Shown here piece after piece: positions 15,707-24,320 of a stretch of DNA of 32,874 nt. The DNA is from a virus. Numbering within the stretch: the first letter of the stretch is position 1; every line of letters begins with the position of its first letter. Made by a program: the position numbers and the translations under genes. Below the pieces are notes generated by a model. It ran no database searches. It saw nothing but the letters and a program-made list of their open reading frames with translations, and was not told the DNA's origin. The DNA is taken from IMG/VR virus record IMGVR_UViG_3300000553_000177. The stretch is one strand, 5' to 3'.

Positions 15707-17077
15707 TTAAAGATTATATTTCTCAGAATCAATAAGATAATCATATTCATCTTCAATTTTAGGATTAAGAATATTGTGAGTACACAAAAATTTAAATTTT
15801 GTTGTCATAGGACTTTTATAATCATCCTTATCAAATCCATAAATATCTTTTTCTATGAACCATTGTTGAAATTCAAATGATTTGAACCATTGTAAAGTAT
15901 TATTATTCAATTCAATAGCAAGTCCAAAAAGGGTATATCTGCTTCTATCATAATCTAATTGAACTGTAAATTCACCTACAAAATCCGATAATTCTTTTTT
16001 CTTTTTGATTAATTCTAAATTATCAATTACAATCAATTTTGGAAAGATTTCATCAGGAGAATTAATATAATTTGTACAAACATTACTTACTATACTATTA
16101 ACTTCTTCAAAGTTACCTAGATTTTTATATTTTAAATCACCATATTCAAATTCATAAGAAAATTCATCAGAATCATAGATATTTTCTAATAAATCTTTGA
16201 AAGTTTTAACTTTCAAATTATGTTTTTTTATATAATCTATAATTTCTTGATAATTAAATGATAATTCTAAATTTTTCTTTGCATCATTACTATTTTCAAC
16301 ACTAAAAGGCAAAAGTTCAATTATTTGTTCGGCTGCTTTTTCAACTGCTCTTTCATTCTCCATTTCTATTTCACTCTTAATGTCTTTCAAATCTTCTTTC
16401 AATCCTAATTTTAAAAATAGTTCATAAATAGAACCTTCTTCTTCTGGATCTATATCAAAATCAAATGTTTCACCCAATATTTTAACTTCACTAAGTGTAT
16501 TGCCAGATAAATATGATTGAATATAATCATATTCATTATCATCCATTTCGTATGTATAATTATTATAATAGGATGAAATTTGCAACAAATAATTAATTAT
16601 ACCTTCTTCTATATTCATCATATTTTCTAAATCTCTAGAATTTATTAGAATAGTAAAATCAGATTCATTAAGAAAGTTACGATCATAATATTTGTATTTA
16701 ATCTCATAATCATCTTTATCCAATCCAATATAGTCTAAAACTTTTTCATAATTATCTTCAGTAATAGTAGATAAAATAACATCTAGATTTTCGGTCTGTT
16801 CTTCGACACTTTCATCAATAGGATTGTTCTTTAGATATTCTGCTTGTTTTAATTTTTTGAAATTCAAATCTTTAAATTTATGATTCTTTTGATTAATAGT
16901 TTTAATAATTTCAGAACGATTTTTCATATTTCGTTCGTCTGGCAATCTTTTTTTTAAAGCTTTAAGACCTTTTTGTAATACTTGTAAACTCTTATCAATA
17001 TTCTTTTTAATCTTAAAAGGCTTATGAGAATTTATTTTTATCGGAGTAAAATTTTCGTATGTTTTTATATATTTCAT
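15707..17077 (-). CDS. large family A member (456 aa), MKYIKTYENF...DSEKYNL
   Basis: ORF track; family termini enclosing a long acidic, repeat-poor body. Confidence 0.6.
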   Translation of the reverse strand: MKYIKTYENFTPIKINSHKPFKIKKNIDKSLQVLQKGLKALKKRLPDERNMKNRSEIIKTINQKNHKFKDLNFKKLKQAEYLKNNPIDESVEEQTENLDVILSTITEDNYEKVLDYIGLDKDDYEIKYKYYDRNFLNESDFTILINSRDLENMMNIEEGIINYLLQISSYYNNYTYEMDDNEYDYIQSYLSGNTLSEVKILGETFDFDIDPEEEGSIYELFLKLGLKEDLKDIKSEIEMENERAVEKAAEQIIELLPFSVENSNDAKKNLELSFNYQEIIDYIKKHNLKVKTFKDLLENIYDSDEFSYEFEYGDLKYKNLGNFEEVNSIVSNVCTNYINSPDEIFPKLIVIDNLELIKKKKELSDFVGEFTVQLDYDRSRYTLFGLAIELNNNTLQWFKSFEFQQWFIEKDIYGFDKDDYKSPMTTKFKFLCTHNILNPKIEDEYDYLIDSEKYNL

Positions 17078-17101
17078 TAAGATTAATCATTTTTACAATT
17101 A

Positions 17102-17530
17102 TCACAGATTATATTTTTCTGCATTCATATATAATTCTAATTCTTCTGATGTTAAATTTGGATATTTTAAATATAAATGATATGCTAAAAGTGCATCTTC
17201 TCTATTGTCTGTACTATATAGAAGGCCTTCGCTCATATATCTTTTCCAAAATGACAAACTCACTATATTACCATAATATTCATCATAATCTTTTTTACCC
17301 GTAAAAAAATCTTTAAAAGAATCCATACCTTTACTTGAATTTATTATTATTCTATATAAGATATACAGCGGGTGTTCTTTCAAAAAGTTAGGATTGAGCA
17401 TTATAACAGCTAATTTATAAGATTTATTTTCAAAATAATTTTTAATTCTCCACAAATAATATTTTTTATCAATATTAACTTTTTTGTATTTTGATTCAAA
17501 CAATAGTTCATATCTTTTTATAAATTTCAT
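17102..17530 (-). CDS. family A protein (142 aa), MKFIKRYELL...AEKYNL
   Basis: ORF track; motifs; ATGA overlap at 17527-17530. Confidence 0.6.
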   Translation of the reverse strand: MKFIKRYELLFESKYKKVNIDKKYYLWRIKNYFENKSYKLAVIMLNPNFLKEHPLYILYRIIINSSKGMDSFKDFFTGKKDYDEYYGNIVSLSFWKRYMSEGLLYSTDNREDALLAYHLYLKYPNLTSEELELYMNAEKYNL

Positions 17531-17772
17531 TCTTTACTTTTTAATTTGTGATGTACATAAGTTTTAATATGTTTATATATTGGTTTTGAATGAGTTAAAT
17601 CTATTCCATAATTATTGAAAATAAAATGAATAATAAATTCGATAACATGATCTTCTGTTATAGTTTTATGTGTTTTTTCAATATGTTTTAATGCTTTACG
17701 GAATGATTTTTTAATAATATTCCAATCAAAATTCATTAAACTTTCATTATATTTAGCATATTTAGTTATCAT
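17527..17772 (-). CDS. small protein (81 aa) starting MITKYAKYNESLMNFDW; a degenerate junction is embedded in-frame (apparent fusion)
   Basis: GCTAAATATAATGAAAGTTTAATGAA resembles the family A junction. Confidence 0.45.
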   Translation of the reverse strand: MITKYAKYNESLMNFDWNIIKKSFRKALKHIEKTHKTITEDHVIEFIIHFIFNNYGIDLTHSKPIYKHIKTYVHHKLKSKE

Positions 17773-18005
17773 AAATTATATTTTTTTACATCTCTTGAAA
17801 AATCTAATCTTTTTTTCAATTTTTTTAATTTTTCAATGATTTTTTCAATATCAATTTTTTCTAATGGAACTTTGCCGAAACCACTTATAGCCATATCTAA
17901 TATTATCATTTGTTCTCTAACTTTAGATGATAGTTTTTGAGTGATTTCATCATGCTCACTTCTATTAGATGGTTTAAATTTTTCATTGAATCTTTCTATT
18001 TTCAT
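17769..18005 (-). CDS. family A small protein (78 aa), MKIERFNEKF...VKKYNL
   Basis: ORF track; motifs. Confidence 0.6.
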   Translation of the reverse strand: MKIERFNEKFKPSNRSEHDEITQKLSSKVREQMIILDMAISGFGKVPLEKIDIEKIIEKLKKLKKRLDFSRDVKKYNL

Positions 18006-18232
18006 AAATTATATTTTTTTGCCTCCAAACGATTTTTTAATTCTTTCAATTTCTCTATTAAATTATCAATCTTATTGGAAGAAAGTTCATTTTCATCAAT
18101 ATTGAAATCTATTATAATATCTACCATATAAATATCCATTAAAATTATATCTGTTCTAATTTCATTTGCTAATTTTTGTAAATCTAAATCAAAATGAATT
18201 TCTGATTCATTAAATTTCCTAATTTTCATCAT
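18002..18232 (-). CDS. family A small protein (76 aa), MMKIRKFNESE...AKKYNL; a paralog of 17769..18005
   Basis: ORF track; shared ...IEKLKELKNRL / IEKLKKLKKRL segment. Confidence 0.6.
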   Translation of the reverse strand: MMKIRKFNESEIHFDLDLQKLANEIRTDIILMDIYMVDIIIDFNIDENELSSNKIDNLIEKLKELKNRLEAKKYNL

Positions 18233-18564
18233 AGATTATATTTTTTTGCATCTACTTCGTACTCTTCTATAAAATATCCAGAATCTAAACCTATAAAATG
18301 ATTATCATCCGTTAAAACTACAAAACATCTACCTGAAAGCATTACACCAGTTTCAAATTCAGCATACAACCTATATAATTTACCTTTAGTTAATTCCTTA
18401 GGTGCATCGTCATTACAATAAACATTTCTTAAAAACTTATCATTTTCAAGATTGAAAGGATTAAATTTTGTTTTAAGCCTAATTTGTTGCATAGATAGTC
18501 CTCTTGGACTTCTTTTAGATGATATTGCCTCATTTAAATTTTCATAATCAATCAAATGTTTCAT
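18229..18564 (-). CDS. family A small protein (111 aa), MKHLIDYENL...AKKYNL; the first gene of array 3
   Basis: ORF track; motifs. Confidence 0.6.
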   Translation of the reverse strand: MKHLIDYENLNEAISSKRSPRGLSMQQIRLKTKFNPFNLENDKFLRNVYCNDDAPKELTKGKLYRLYAEFETGVMLSGRCFVVLTDDNHFIGLDSGYFIEEYEVDAKKYNL

Positions 18565-18652
18565 ATTTTTAACAACTAATTTTTAATTTATCTATATATT
18601 AAAATCTAATATTATTTTTTTAATATATAGAAAAATTTTGTAACTTTGTGAC

Positions 18653-19087
18653 ATGAATAAAAATAAGTATAACCTCTTTATAGACGACGAGCGTTTTCCG
18701 AACAAAGATGTTCCGGCAAGTGATAGTGTTTTTCACCTTACAGGTGATAATAAATATCGAGATTTAAAATGGATAATTGTTAGAAATTTTGGAGATTTCG
18801 TTAAAATTATTGAAGAAAGAGGTTTACCGTTGAGGTGCTCGATGGACCATGATTTAAATGATTTTCATTATTATCATTATCAGACTTATACAGTATATAC
18901 AGGAAAAATTGATTATACAGTTGTTGAAGGTACAGGACTTGAATGTGCTAAATGGCTCATTAACTATTTGATGGATAATGATTTAGATGCACCCGAAATT
19001 TTGATACATACTCAAAATACCGTTGGTGCTGAGAATATAAGAATGTTATTTAACGATTATGAAAAATCAAGAATTATTACATTATAA
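18653..19087 (+). CDS. hypothetical protein (144 aa) whose N-terminus, MNKNKYNLFIDDE, carries a KYNL/junction-like sequence in plus orientation
   Basis: ORF track; AAAAATAAGTATAACCTCTTTATAGAC resembles the junction. Confidence 0.5.
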   Translation: MNKNKYNLFIDDERFPNKDVPASDSVFHLTGDNKYRDLKWIIVRNFGDFVKIIEERGLPLRCSMDHDLNDFHYYHYQTYTVYTGKIDYTVVEGTGLECAKWLINYLMDNDLDAPEILIHTQNTVGAENIRMLFNDYEKSRIITL

Positions 19088-19373
19088 AAATTTTTATATT
19101 GGTGATTATTTTATTATAATCACAACTCCTGGTATATGGAATAGTTCAATGAATAATAATTGTCCACTAAATAGTAATATATCTTATCCTTATAAAGGAA
19201 GAATTAAAAATATATTGGCAAGTCAAGTGTATGGAAAAGTAATAATAGGAATGACAGAAGGTATATATGGATGGTCTTTAAGTTATTTAGTAGGAAAAGG
19301 TTTAATTATTCATGATGTAATAAAACAAAGAAAAGTAAAATTAATGAAAATAAAACAAGATTATGAAAAATAA
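19059..19373 (+). CDS. family B small protein, tail KQRKVKLMKIKQDYEK (the likely start is the internal Met near 19149)
   Basis: ORF track; the 5' end overlaps the previous gene. Confidence 0.45.
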   Translation: MKNQELLHYKNFYIGDYFIIITTPGIWNSSMNNNCPLNSNISYPYKGRIKNILASQVYGKVIIGMTEGIYGWSLSYLVGKGLIIHDVIKQRKVKLMKIKQDYEK

Positions 19374-19437
19374 AGACATGTTAGGTGAAATTGGTGATAA
19401 ATAATTTGTTGGAATATTAATAAAAATCAAAAATAAA

Positions 19438-20061
19438 ATGAAAATTCGTTGTGGATTCGTTAGTAATAGTAGCAGCAGTTCATTTATCATAAATGCTATT
19501 GATGGTTTTTCAACCGTAAAAAATGTTGCTGAATATATTATGGATAATGTTAGTTATAAAAGCTATATAACTGAACGAAAAACTTTAGAAAGTATTGATC
19601 CTGATACACCAGTTCATTTCAACGTTGGTGGTGAAGAAACTTATATACGTAAAGTTGATAATAAAATAGTCATAGTAACAACACAAAATATTACTTTTAA
19701 TTTATTTCATGAAAAATGTCTTGATAAAAAAGACTTAACAGAAGATTTTTATAGACAATTTGATTTTATTGAATCAGATGAAGATTATCCTCTTGAAGAA
19801 GGTGAGGAATATGAAATAATTAAAATGGATGATCCTAGAAACTTTACATATTTCTATGGTAAATTTGATGATTTTAATATATTGAAATATAATATTCTTG
19901 GTAAACATACATACTTACAGAAGGGTTGTCCCAGATGCAAAACATCATTTGCATCTGGTTGGAGACTAAAAGGTGGGAGAAGAATTTGTGATTGTCAAGT
20001 ACAAAAATATAAAGACAGAATAACTAGGAAAGAAAAAATAATGAAAATCAATGAAAAATAG
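19438..20061 (+). CDS. family B protein (207 aa), MKIRCGFVSNSSSSSFI..., tail RKEKIMKINEK; a paralog of the next gene
   Basis: ORF track; N-terminus shared with 20051. Confidence 0.55.
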   Translation: MKIRCGFVSNSSSSSFIINAIDGFSTVKNVAEYIMDNVSYKSYITERKTLESIDPDTPVHFNVGGEETYIRKVDNKIVIVTTQNITFNLFHEKCLDKKDLTEDFYRQFDFIESDEDYPLEEGEEYEIIKMDDPRNFTYFYGKFDDFNILKYNILGKHTYLQKGCPRCKTSFASGWRLKGGRRICDCQVQKYKDRITRKEKIMKINEK

Positions 20062-20650
20062 AATAGGATTTGTAAGTAATTCATCTTCAAGTAGTTTTAT
20101 TGTTTTAAAAGATGCAATAACTGGTAAGCAAAAGGATATGATAGTAAATTTTTCAGAGTGGGCTAAATTTTTTATAGCACTTGATGAAGAAAAGAATTAT
20201 AAAGATGCTAAGGAATATGCAACTGAAATGGAATTATATCAAAGTGATGAATATTCAGAACAAAGTAACACTAGATTAAAATATAAATTTGAATATTATG
20301 ATGATGGATATTGGCATTTTGAAGAAACTGATGATTATATTTTTGGTGCAACCACAATGGACAATTTTGGAATGGACGAATATTTTAATTATATTAAAAT
20401 TGATCCTGATTATGTAAGATGGGATGAAGGTTGGAATGATGATCCATCACAAAAAGATCTTGAATTTATCAAAAATAAAAAACAAAGGTATCGTAAATAT
20501 AAATCGCGGTTGCAATTACTGGTGGTGAAGCTCGGTATGTCCTTAACAAGGAAACTGGTGAGATTACACTATTTGTTGGTCCAAAAATGTTTATTCCAGA
20601 TCCTCGCAAAGAAGTTATTGTTAAGAGGGTACTTGATGAGAAATCAGTAA
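20051..20650 (+). CDS. paralog of 19438 (MKNRIGFVSNSSSSSFIV...). The 3' ~150 nt of this ORF runs out of frame across the MVP fragment, so it is probably chimeric or disrupted
   Basis: ORF track; a second reading frame over 20503-20748 encodes an MVP repeat. Confidence 0.4.
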   Translation: MKNRIGFVSNSSSSSFIVLKDAITGKQKDMIVNFSEWAKFFIALDEEKNYKDAKEYATEMELYQSDEYSEQSNTRLKYKFEYYDDGYWHFEETDDYIFGATTMDNFGMDEYFNYIKIDPDYVRWDEGWNDDPSQKDLEFIKNKKQRYRKYKSRLQLLVVKLGMSLTRKLVRLHYLLVQKCLFQILAKKLLLRGYLMRNQ

Positions 20651-20748
20651 AATTATGGTTTCCTGATAGTATTGATGCAGCACAGCACAATAAACAATTA
20701 GAATCTGAAATGAATCTAAATGGAATGCTAGTGTATGTCCATTATTAA
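20503..20748 (+). pseudogene. isolated fragment of an MVP N-terminal repeat (81 codons, no start)
   Basis: ITGGEARYVLNKETGEITLFVGPKMFIPDPRKEVIVKRV matches the MVP repeat [27 protein letters not shown]; locally elevated GC. Confidence 0.5.
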
Positions 20749-20769
20749 TAAAAACAAGGTTAATTCTTT

Positions 20770-21054
20770 ATGAAAGATAATTATATAGTATGTTGTAAGA
20801 ATGTTGATGAATCGGTAAAGATTCATAAGTTTTTATTTTTGAATGGTATATATTGGAGGGATACAAGGGATGTTATTAGGAGTGGTACTAGATGGTTATG
20901 GTTAAGGATAAGTCAGGGACAAATACAAGCGTGTGGTGAGTCTTACAGATATTTAGATGGTTATTATGAGCATATTAATATATGTGATTACACATTTATA
21001 ACGGTAGATAAGTTAATGAGAAAATTAAAATTGCAGAGATTAAATGAGATATGA
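20770..21054 (+). CDS. family B small protein (94 aa), MKDNYIVCCKNVDES..., tail MRKLKLQRLNEI
   Basis: ORF track. Confidence 0.55.
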   Translation: MKDNYIVCCKNVDESVKIHKFLFLNGIYWRDTRDVIRSGTRWLWLRISQGQIQACGESYRYLDGYYEHINICDYTFITVDKLMRKLKLQRLNEI

Positions 21055-21374
21055 AGATAGATGTGAAGATTGGTGAGTTAGACAAGATGGCATATGATTT
21101 ATATGTTGATGCGACAATGAGAGCGAATAAAATATTATGTAAGAAGAACAAGTTGATATATGTCAAAGTTGATTTAATAACTGTTTTAAAGAAAGGTGAA
21201 TACTATGATATTACTTATCCAGTTGAAAGATTAGTTTGTGTAAGGTATGGTCCAGGTAAGCATGATATAATGTTATTTAATGACGGTTATTATGGTTATG
21301 AATCTATTTGGGAATATTTTTATACGGTAAAGGAATCAAGGAGAATGAAATTAAAAAGATTGTTGTTGATATGA
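21051..21374 (+). CDS. family B small protein (107 aa), tail ESRRMKLKRLLLI
   Basis: ORF track; ATGA overlap. Confidence 0.55.
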   Translation: MKIDVKIGELDKMAYDLYVDATMRANKILCKKNKLIYVKVDLITVLKKGEYYDITYPVERLVCVRYGPGKHDIMLFNDGYYGYESIWEYFYTVKESRRMKLKRLLLI

Positions 21375-21595
21375 TAAGAAAAGGACAAAAGGTTGTATTT
21401 GTGAGCACTATATTATCTCCCAGTTTGAGAGATATGATGCATTTAACTTATGATAAGGTTTATACGGTTACTACTGATTTTATTGAGGGGAACAATAATT
21501 ATTTACATCTTATTGATGATGCTCACCAAGATGTGGATTTTCTATTGATACATATAAATTTGAAAGATTATCAGAGTTTAGAAGAAAGAAATTAG
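21371..21595 (+). CDS. small protein (MIRKGQKVVFVS...). The start is taken at the ATGA overlap with the previous gene. The RRKKLEKLN tail is reached only after a frame change near 21575, so a frameshift or pseudogene is possible
   Basis: manual reading: AGAAGAAAGAAATTAGAAAAATTGAAT encodes RRKKLEKLN in another frame just before the next ATG. Confidence 0.35.
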   Translation: MIRKGQKVVFVSTILSPSLRDMMHLTYDKVYTVTTDFIEGNNNYLHLIDDAHQDVDFLLIHINLKDYQSLEERN

Positions 21596-21610
21596 AAAAA
21601 TTGAATTGTT

Positions 21611-22030
21611 ATGAACATATTTGAAAAGTTAAATGTTCCTGAGAACACTAATGGATTTATTAATAAGCAAGTGATATGTATAAAGGATAAGAAATTTATA
21701 TATGCACAGGTTAATAGTGAAAAGAAACCTTATAGATTAGTAAGGTGGAGATTTCTTGTTGGTAAAGAAAGTTTTATAAAGGATACTAGGAGATATAGAA
21801 TTGGTTCACTTATGAGGTGTTATGAACATAGTGCTATAAAGAGATTTATTAATAGATGTAGGAGAATATATTCTAATAAACTTGTATCAGATTATCCTTG
21901 GAAATGTGATATAATTGATAATAAAGGTCGGTTTATCATAATGAATTGTGAGAAAGCGTTAAAATATTTTCGAGTTGTTGATTTACAAGATATTAGGCAA
22001 AAGAAATTATTAAACTTGAAATCATTATAG
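21611..22030 (+). CDS. family B protein (139 aa), tail IRQKKLLNLKSL; its 3' end overlaps the 3' end of a convergent family A gene by 6 nt
   Basis: ORF track. Confidence 0.55.
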   Translation: MNIFEKLNVPENTNGFINKQVICIKDKKFIYAQVNSEKKPYRLVRWRFLVGKESFIKDTRRYRIGSLMRCYEHSAIKRFINRCRRIYSNKLVSDYPWKCDIIDNKGRFIIMNCEKALKYFRVVDLQDIRQKKLLNLKSL

Positions 22031-22330
22031 ATTATATTTTGTTGCATTGAGTTCTAATTCATATTCTTCTATTTCATCTTCATGTAGTTTTCTTTCTATT
22101 TGGTCATGTCTACACCATAGAGTTAGACCTTTACTAAATTGAACTGCGTAAGGTACATTACTATAATCATTATAAATTATTTTAGCACTTCTAGAATCTT
22201 CGAAAGATTTTAAAAATTCTCTCTTTATTAACACATAATCATCTACTTTATAATTAATAATATCTAGAAATTCTGGGTTCTCGTCATACCACCCTGCGGG
22301 AGATTCGTACATTTTTAAGTGTTTCATCAT
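22025..22330 (-). CDS. family A small protein (101 aa), MMKHLKMYESP...ATKYNL
   Basis: ORF track. Confidence 0.6.
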   Translation of the reverse strand: MMKHLKMYESPAGWYDENPEFLDIINYKVDDYVLIKREFLKSFEDSRSAKIIYNDYSNVPYAVQFSKGLTLWCRHDQIERKLHEDEIEEYELELNATKYNL

Positions 22331-22644
22331 AGATTATATTTTTTTGCATCTATTTTTATTTGTAATTCATCTAGAAGATCTTGAATATCATCTGATTGCA
22401 TAACAATATTATTTAATAAATTTTTTTCATCACAAGGTTGTGTTTCTTCATCATTATATTCATTTATAAGAACTAACCATGGTGTAAGAGTATATCTTTT
22501 TGCTATATAGTATTCTTTTTTATCATGTGCTGTAATTTCCCATATATAATACCAATACCATATAGTATCTTGTCCTATACTTTCTTCAAGTAGGAATTGT
22601 TTAGGCTTTATCTTCAGTTTCTCAAATAATTTAATATGTTTCAT
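22327..22644 (-). CDS. family A small protein (105 aa), MKHIKLFEKL...AKKYNL
   Basis: ORF track. Confidence 0.6.
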   Translation of the reverse strand: MKHIKLFEKLKIKPKQFLLEESIGQDTIWYWYYIWEITAHDKKEYYIAKRYTLTPWLVLINEYNDEETQPCDEKNLLNNIVMQSDDIQDLLDELQIKIDAKKYNL

Positions 22645-23009
22645 AAGTTATATTTTGCTGCATCTACATACATTTGTATGTCTTCTTTATTTTGAGAATA
22701 GTATGCTATATTATTTCTTGTAACATTTTCAGCAAAGTATTCTGTTGTATCATCTTTATAATTTCTGATAGTGAATTTAGATTCAAATTCTGGTGGCACA
22801 TATTCATATTGTACTATATATTTAGTTTTATTATTATCTGCTGGAAAAATATTAAATATTTGACCAATATTTGTATTTAGAAAATTTATAAATGCTGAAT
22901 TTGTTACTATATTATTAGTTTGTAAGATAACATAATCATCTATTTCTGGTAGTGAACCATGAACTTTATTCCATTTATTTTCATTTTCGTACAATTTAAT
23001 ATATTTCAT
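22641..23009 (-). CDS. family A protein (122 aa), MKYIKLYENENKWNKV...AAKYNL
   Basis: ORF track; its first 16 aa plus the junction are identical to those of 23214..23501. Confidence 0.6.
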   Translation of the reverse strand: MKYIKLYENENKWNKVHGSLPEIDDYVILQTNNIVTNSAFINFLNTNIGQIFNIFPADNNKTKYIVQYEYVPPEFESKFTIRNYKDDTTEYFAENVTRNNIAYYSQNKEDIQMYVDAAKYNL

Positions 23010-23501
23010 AGGTTATATTTTTTTGTTACCATGTGGATACTATTCTCTTCTAAGTATTTACGAATTTCATCACGATTTTTCTTAATATTTATTGGTTGAT
23101 ATTCATATCCAAAAATCGCTGTACTTGTTTTAGATTTCGGTGTTATTATATCCATTGTTGTATTATACTGAAAATTACCAAGAAATGGATCTGCATTGTA
23201 ATCAATTAAAATCTTAGCAACTAGCAGCACTCATTAAAGGAGTCCATTTACCTGTATCTTGAATATCTTCTGGATTTGCACCATGTTCTAACATATATTT
23301 TACAACTTCAAAATTATTCATTCTAGTCGCCCAATTTAATGTTCCACAAAAATTTGGATCAGCACCATTTTCAATTGCCAATTTAATTTTATCAAAATTC
23401 ATATACCATTTATCAGCACCTATTTTGAAATGTGTCCATGTTGCAGCATGAAGAACTTTATTCCATTTATTTTCATTTTCGTACAATTTAATATATTTCA
23501 T
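23006..23501 (-). pseudogene. ankyrin-repeat family A member split by a frameshift near 23214-23232 (ORFs 23214..23501 and 23006..23230)
   Basis: ANK consensus GADPNFCGTLNWA..., ...VVKYMLEHGANPEDIQDTGKWTPLMSAA, then LLVAKILIDYNADP in the other frame; ends ...TKKYNL. Confidence 0.5.
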
Positions 23502-23588
23502 AGGTTATATTTTTTTCTGTGGTATGCTGTGGTATAAAGTTCATAAATATATTTCTTACTTCGGTTGCTGGTTTTATATTTGTGAAAA

Positions 23589-24029
23589 TCACAAATTATA
23601 TTTTATTGCATCTACATATGTATCTACGTCTTCTTTATTGTGTGAGTAGAAGAATATATTTTCTTCTGGTATCCATCTTCTATATGTTATTTTTGAATTT
23701 TCTTTTCTAATATATCTTATACTATTATAAAGTCTTGCTGGAGTTGCTATGTTTTTTTCCCAAAAATATTCCTCAAACAAATATTTAAATTTTGGTGGCA
23801 CAGTATCATATTCTATTTGGTATGCATTTCTGTTATTTTGTTCGAAATTGTCTATCTTCTTGGTTATATTACATATATTAGTTCCTATAAATTTTTTGAA
23901 TTCGGGATCAAAAGAAGGTTCTAAAAGAGGATGGTCATTTTTATTTATAAGAGAAGATACGATGGCATAGTCATAAATTTGTGGTTTAGATTTATTTTTA
24001 TATTCATTTAATTTCATTAGGTATTTCAT
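23589..24029 (-). CDS. family A protein (146 aa), MKYLMKLNEY...AIKYNL; a hairpin overlaps its stop
   Basis: ORF track; hairpin GTGA-AAA-TCAC at 23582-23592. Confidence 0.6.
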   Translation of the reverse strand: MKYLMKLNEYKNKSKPQIYDYAIVSSLINKNDHPLLEPSFDPEFKKFIGTNICNITKKIDNFEQNNRNAYQIEYDTVPPKFKYLFEEYFWEKNIATPARLYNSIRYIRKENSKITYRRWIPEENIFFYSHNKEDVDTYVDAIKYNL

Positions 24030-24030
24030 A

Positions 24031-24318
24031 TTATAAATTATATTTATTTACATCTTCTATATATTCTAGTTCTTTTCTGTTTTTGGAGTATTCAATTATG
24101 TCTTCTCTTTTAAAATAAATAATTCTATTACCAGATACGATGGCATATTCGGGTGTATTATATGCTATATATCTTATTTTAATAATTTTTCCTATAATAA
24201 AATTAGATTTTTCACGGTACTGCCAAAGCACTCGGTCATCGTAAACGATAACATAATCATCAATTTGGGGTGGAGTTTCTTTTTTTTCGAATATAATAAA
24301 GGGTGTTATATGTTTCAT
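24031..24318 (-). CDS. family A small protein (95 aa), MKHITPFIIFE...VNKYNL
   Basis: ORF track. Confidence 0.55.
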   Translation of the reverse strand: MKHITPFIIFEKKETPPQIDDYVIVYDDRVLWQYREKSNFIIGKIIKIRYIAYNTPEYAIVSGNRIIYFKREDIIEYSKNRKELEYIEDVNKYNL

Positions 24319-24320
24319 TG

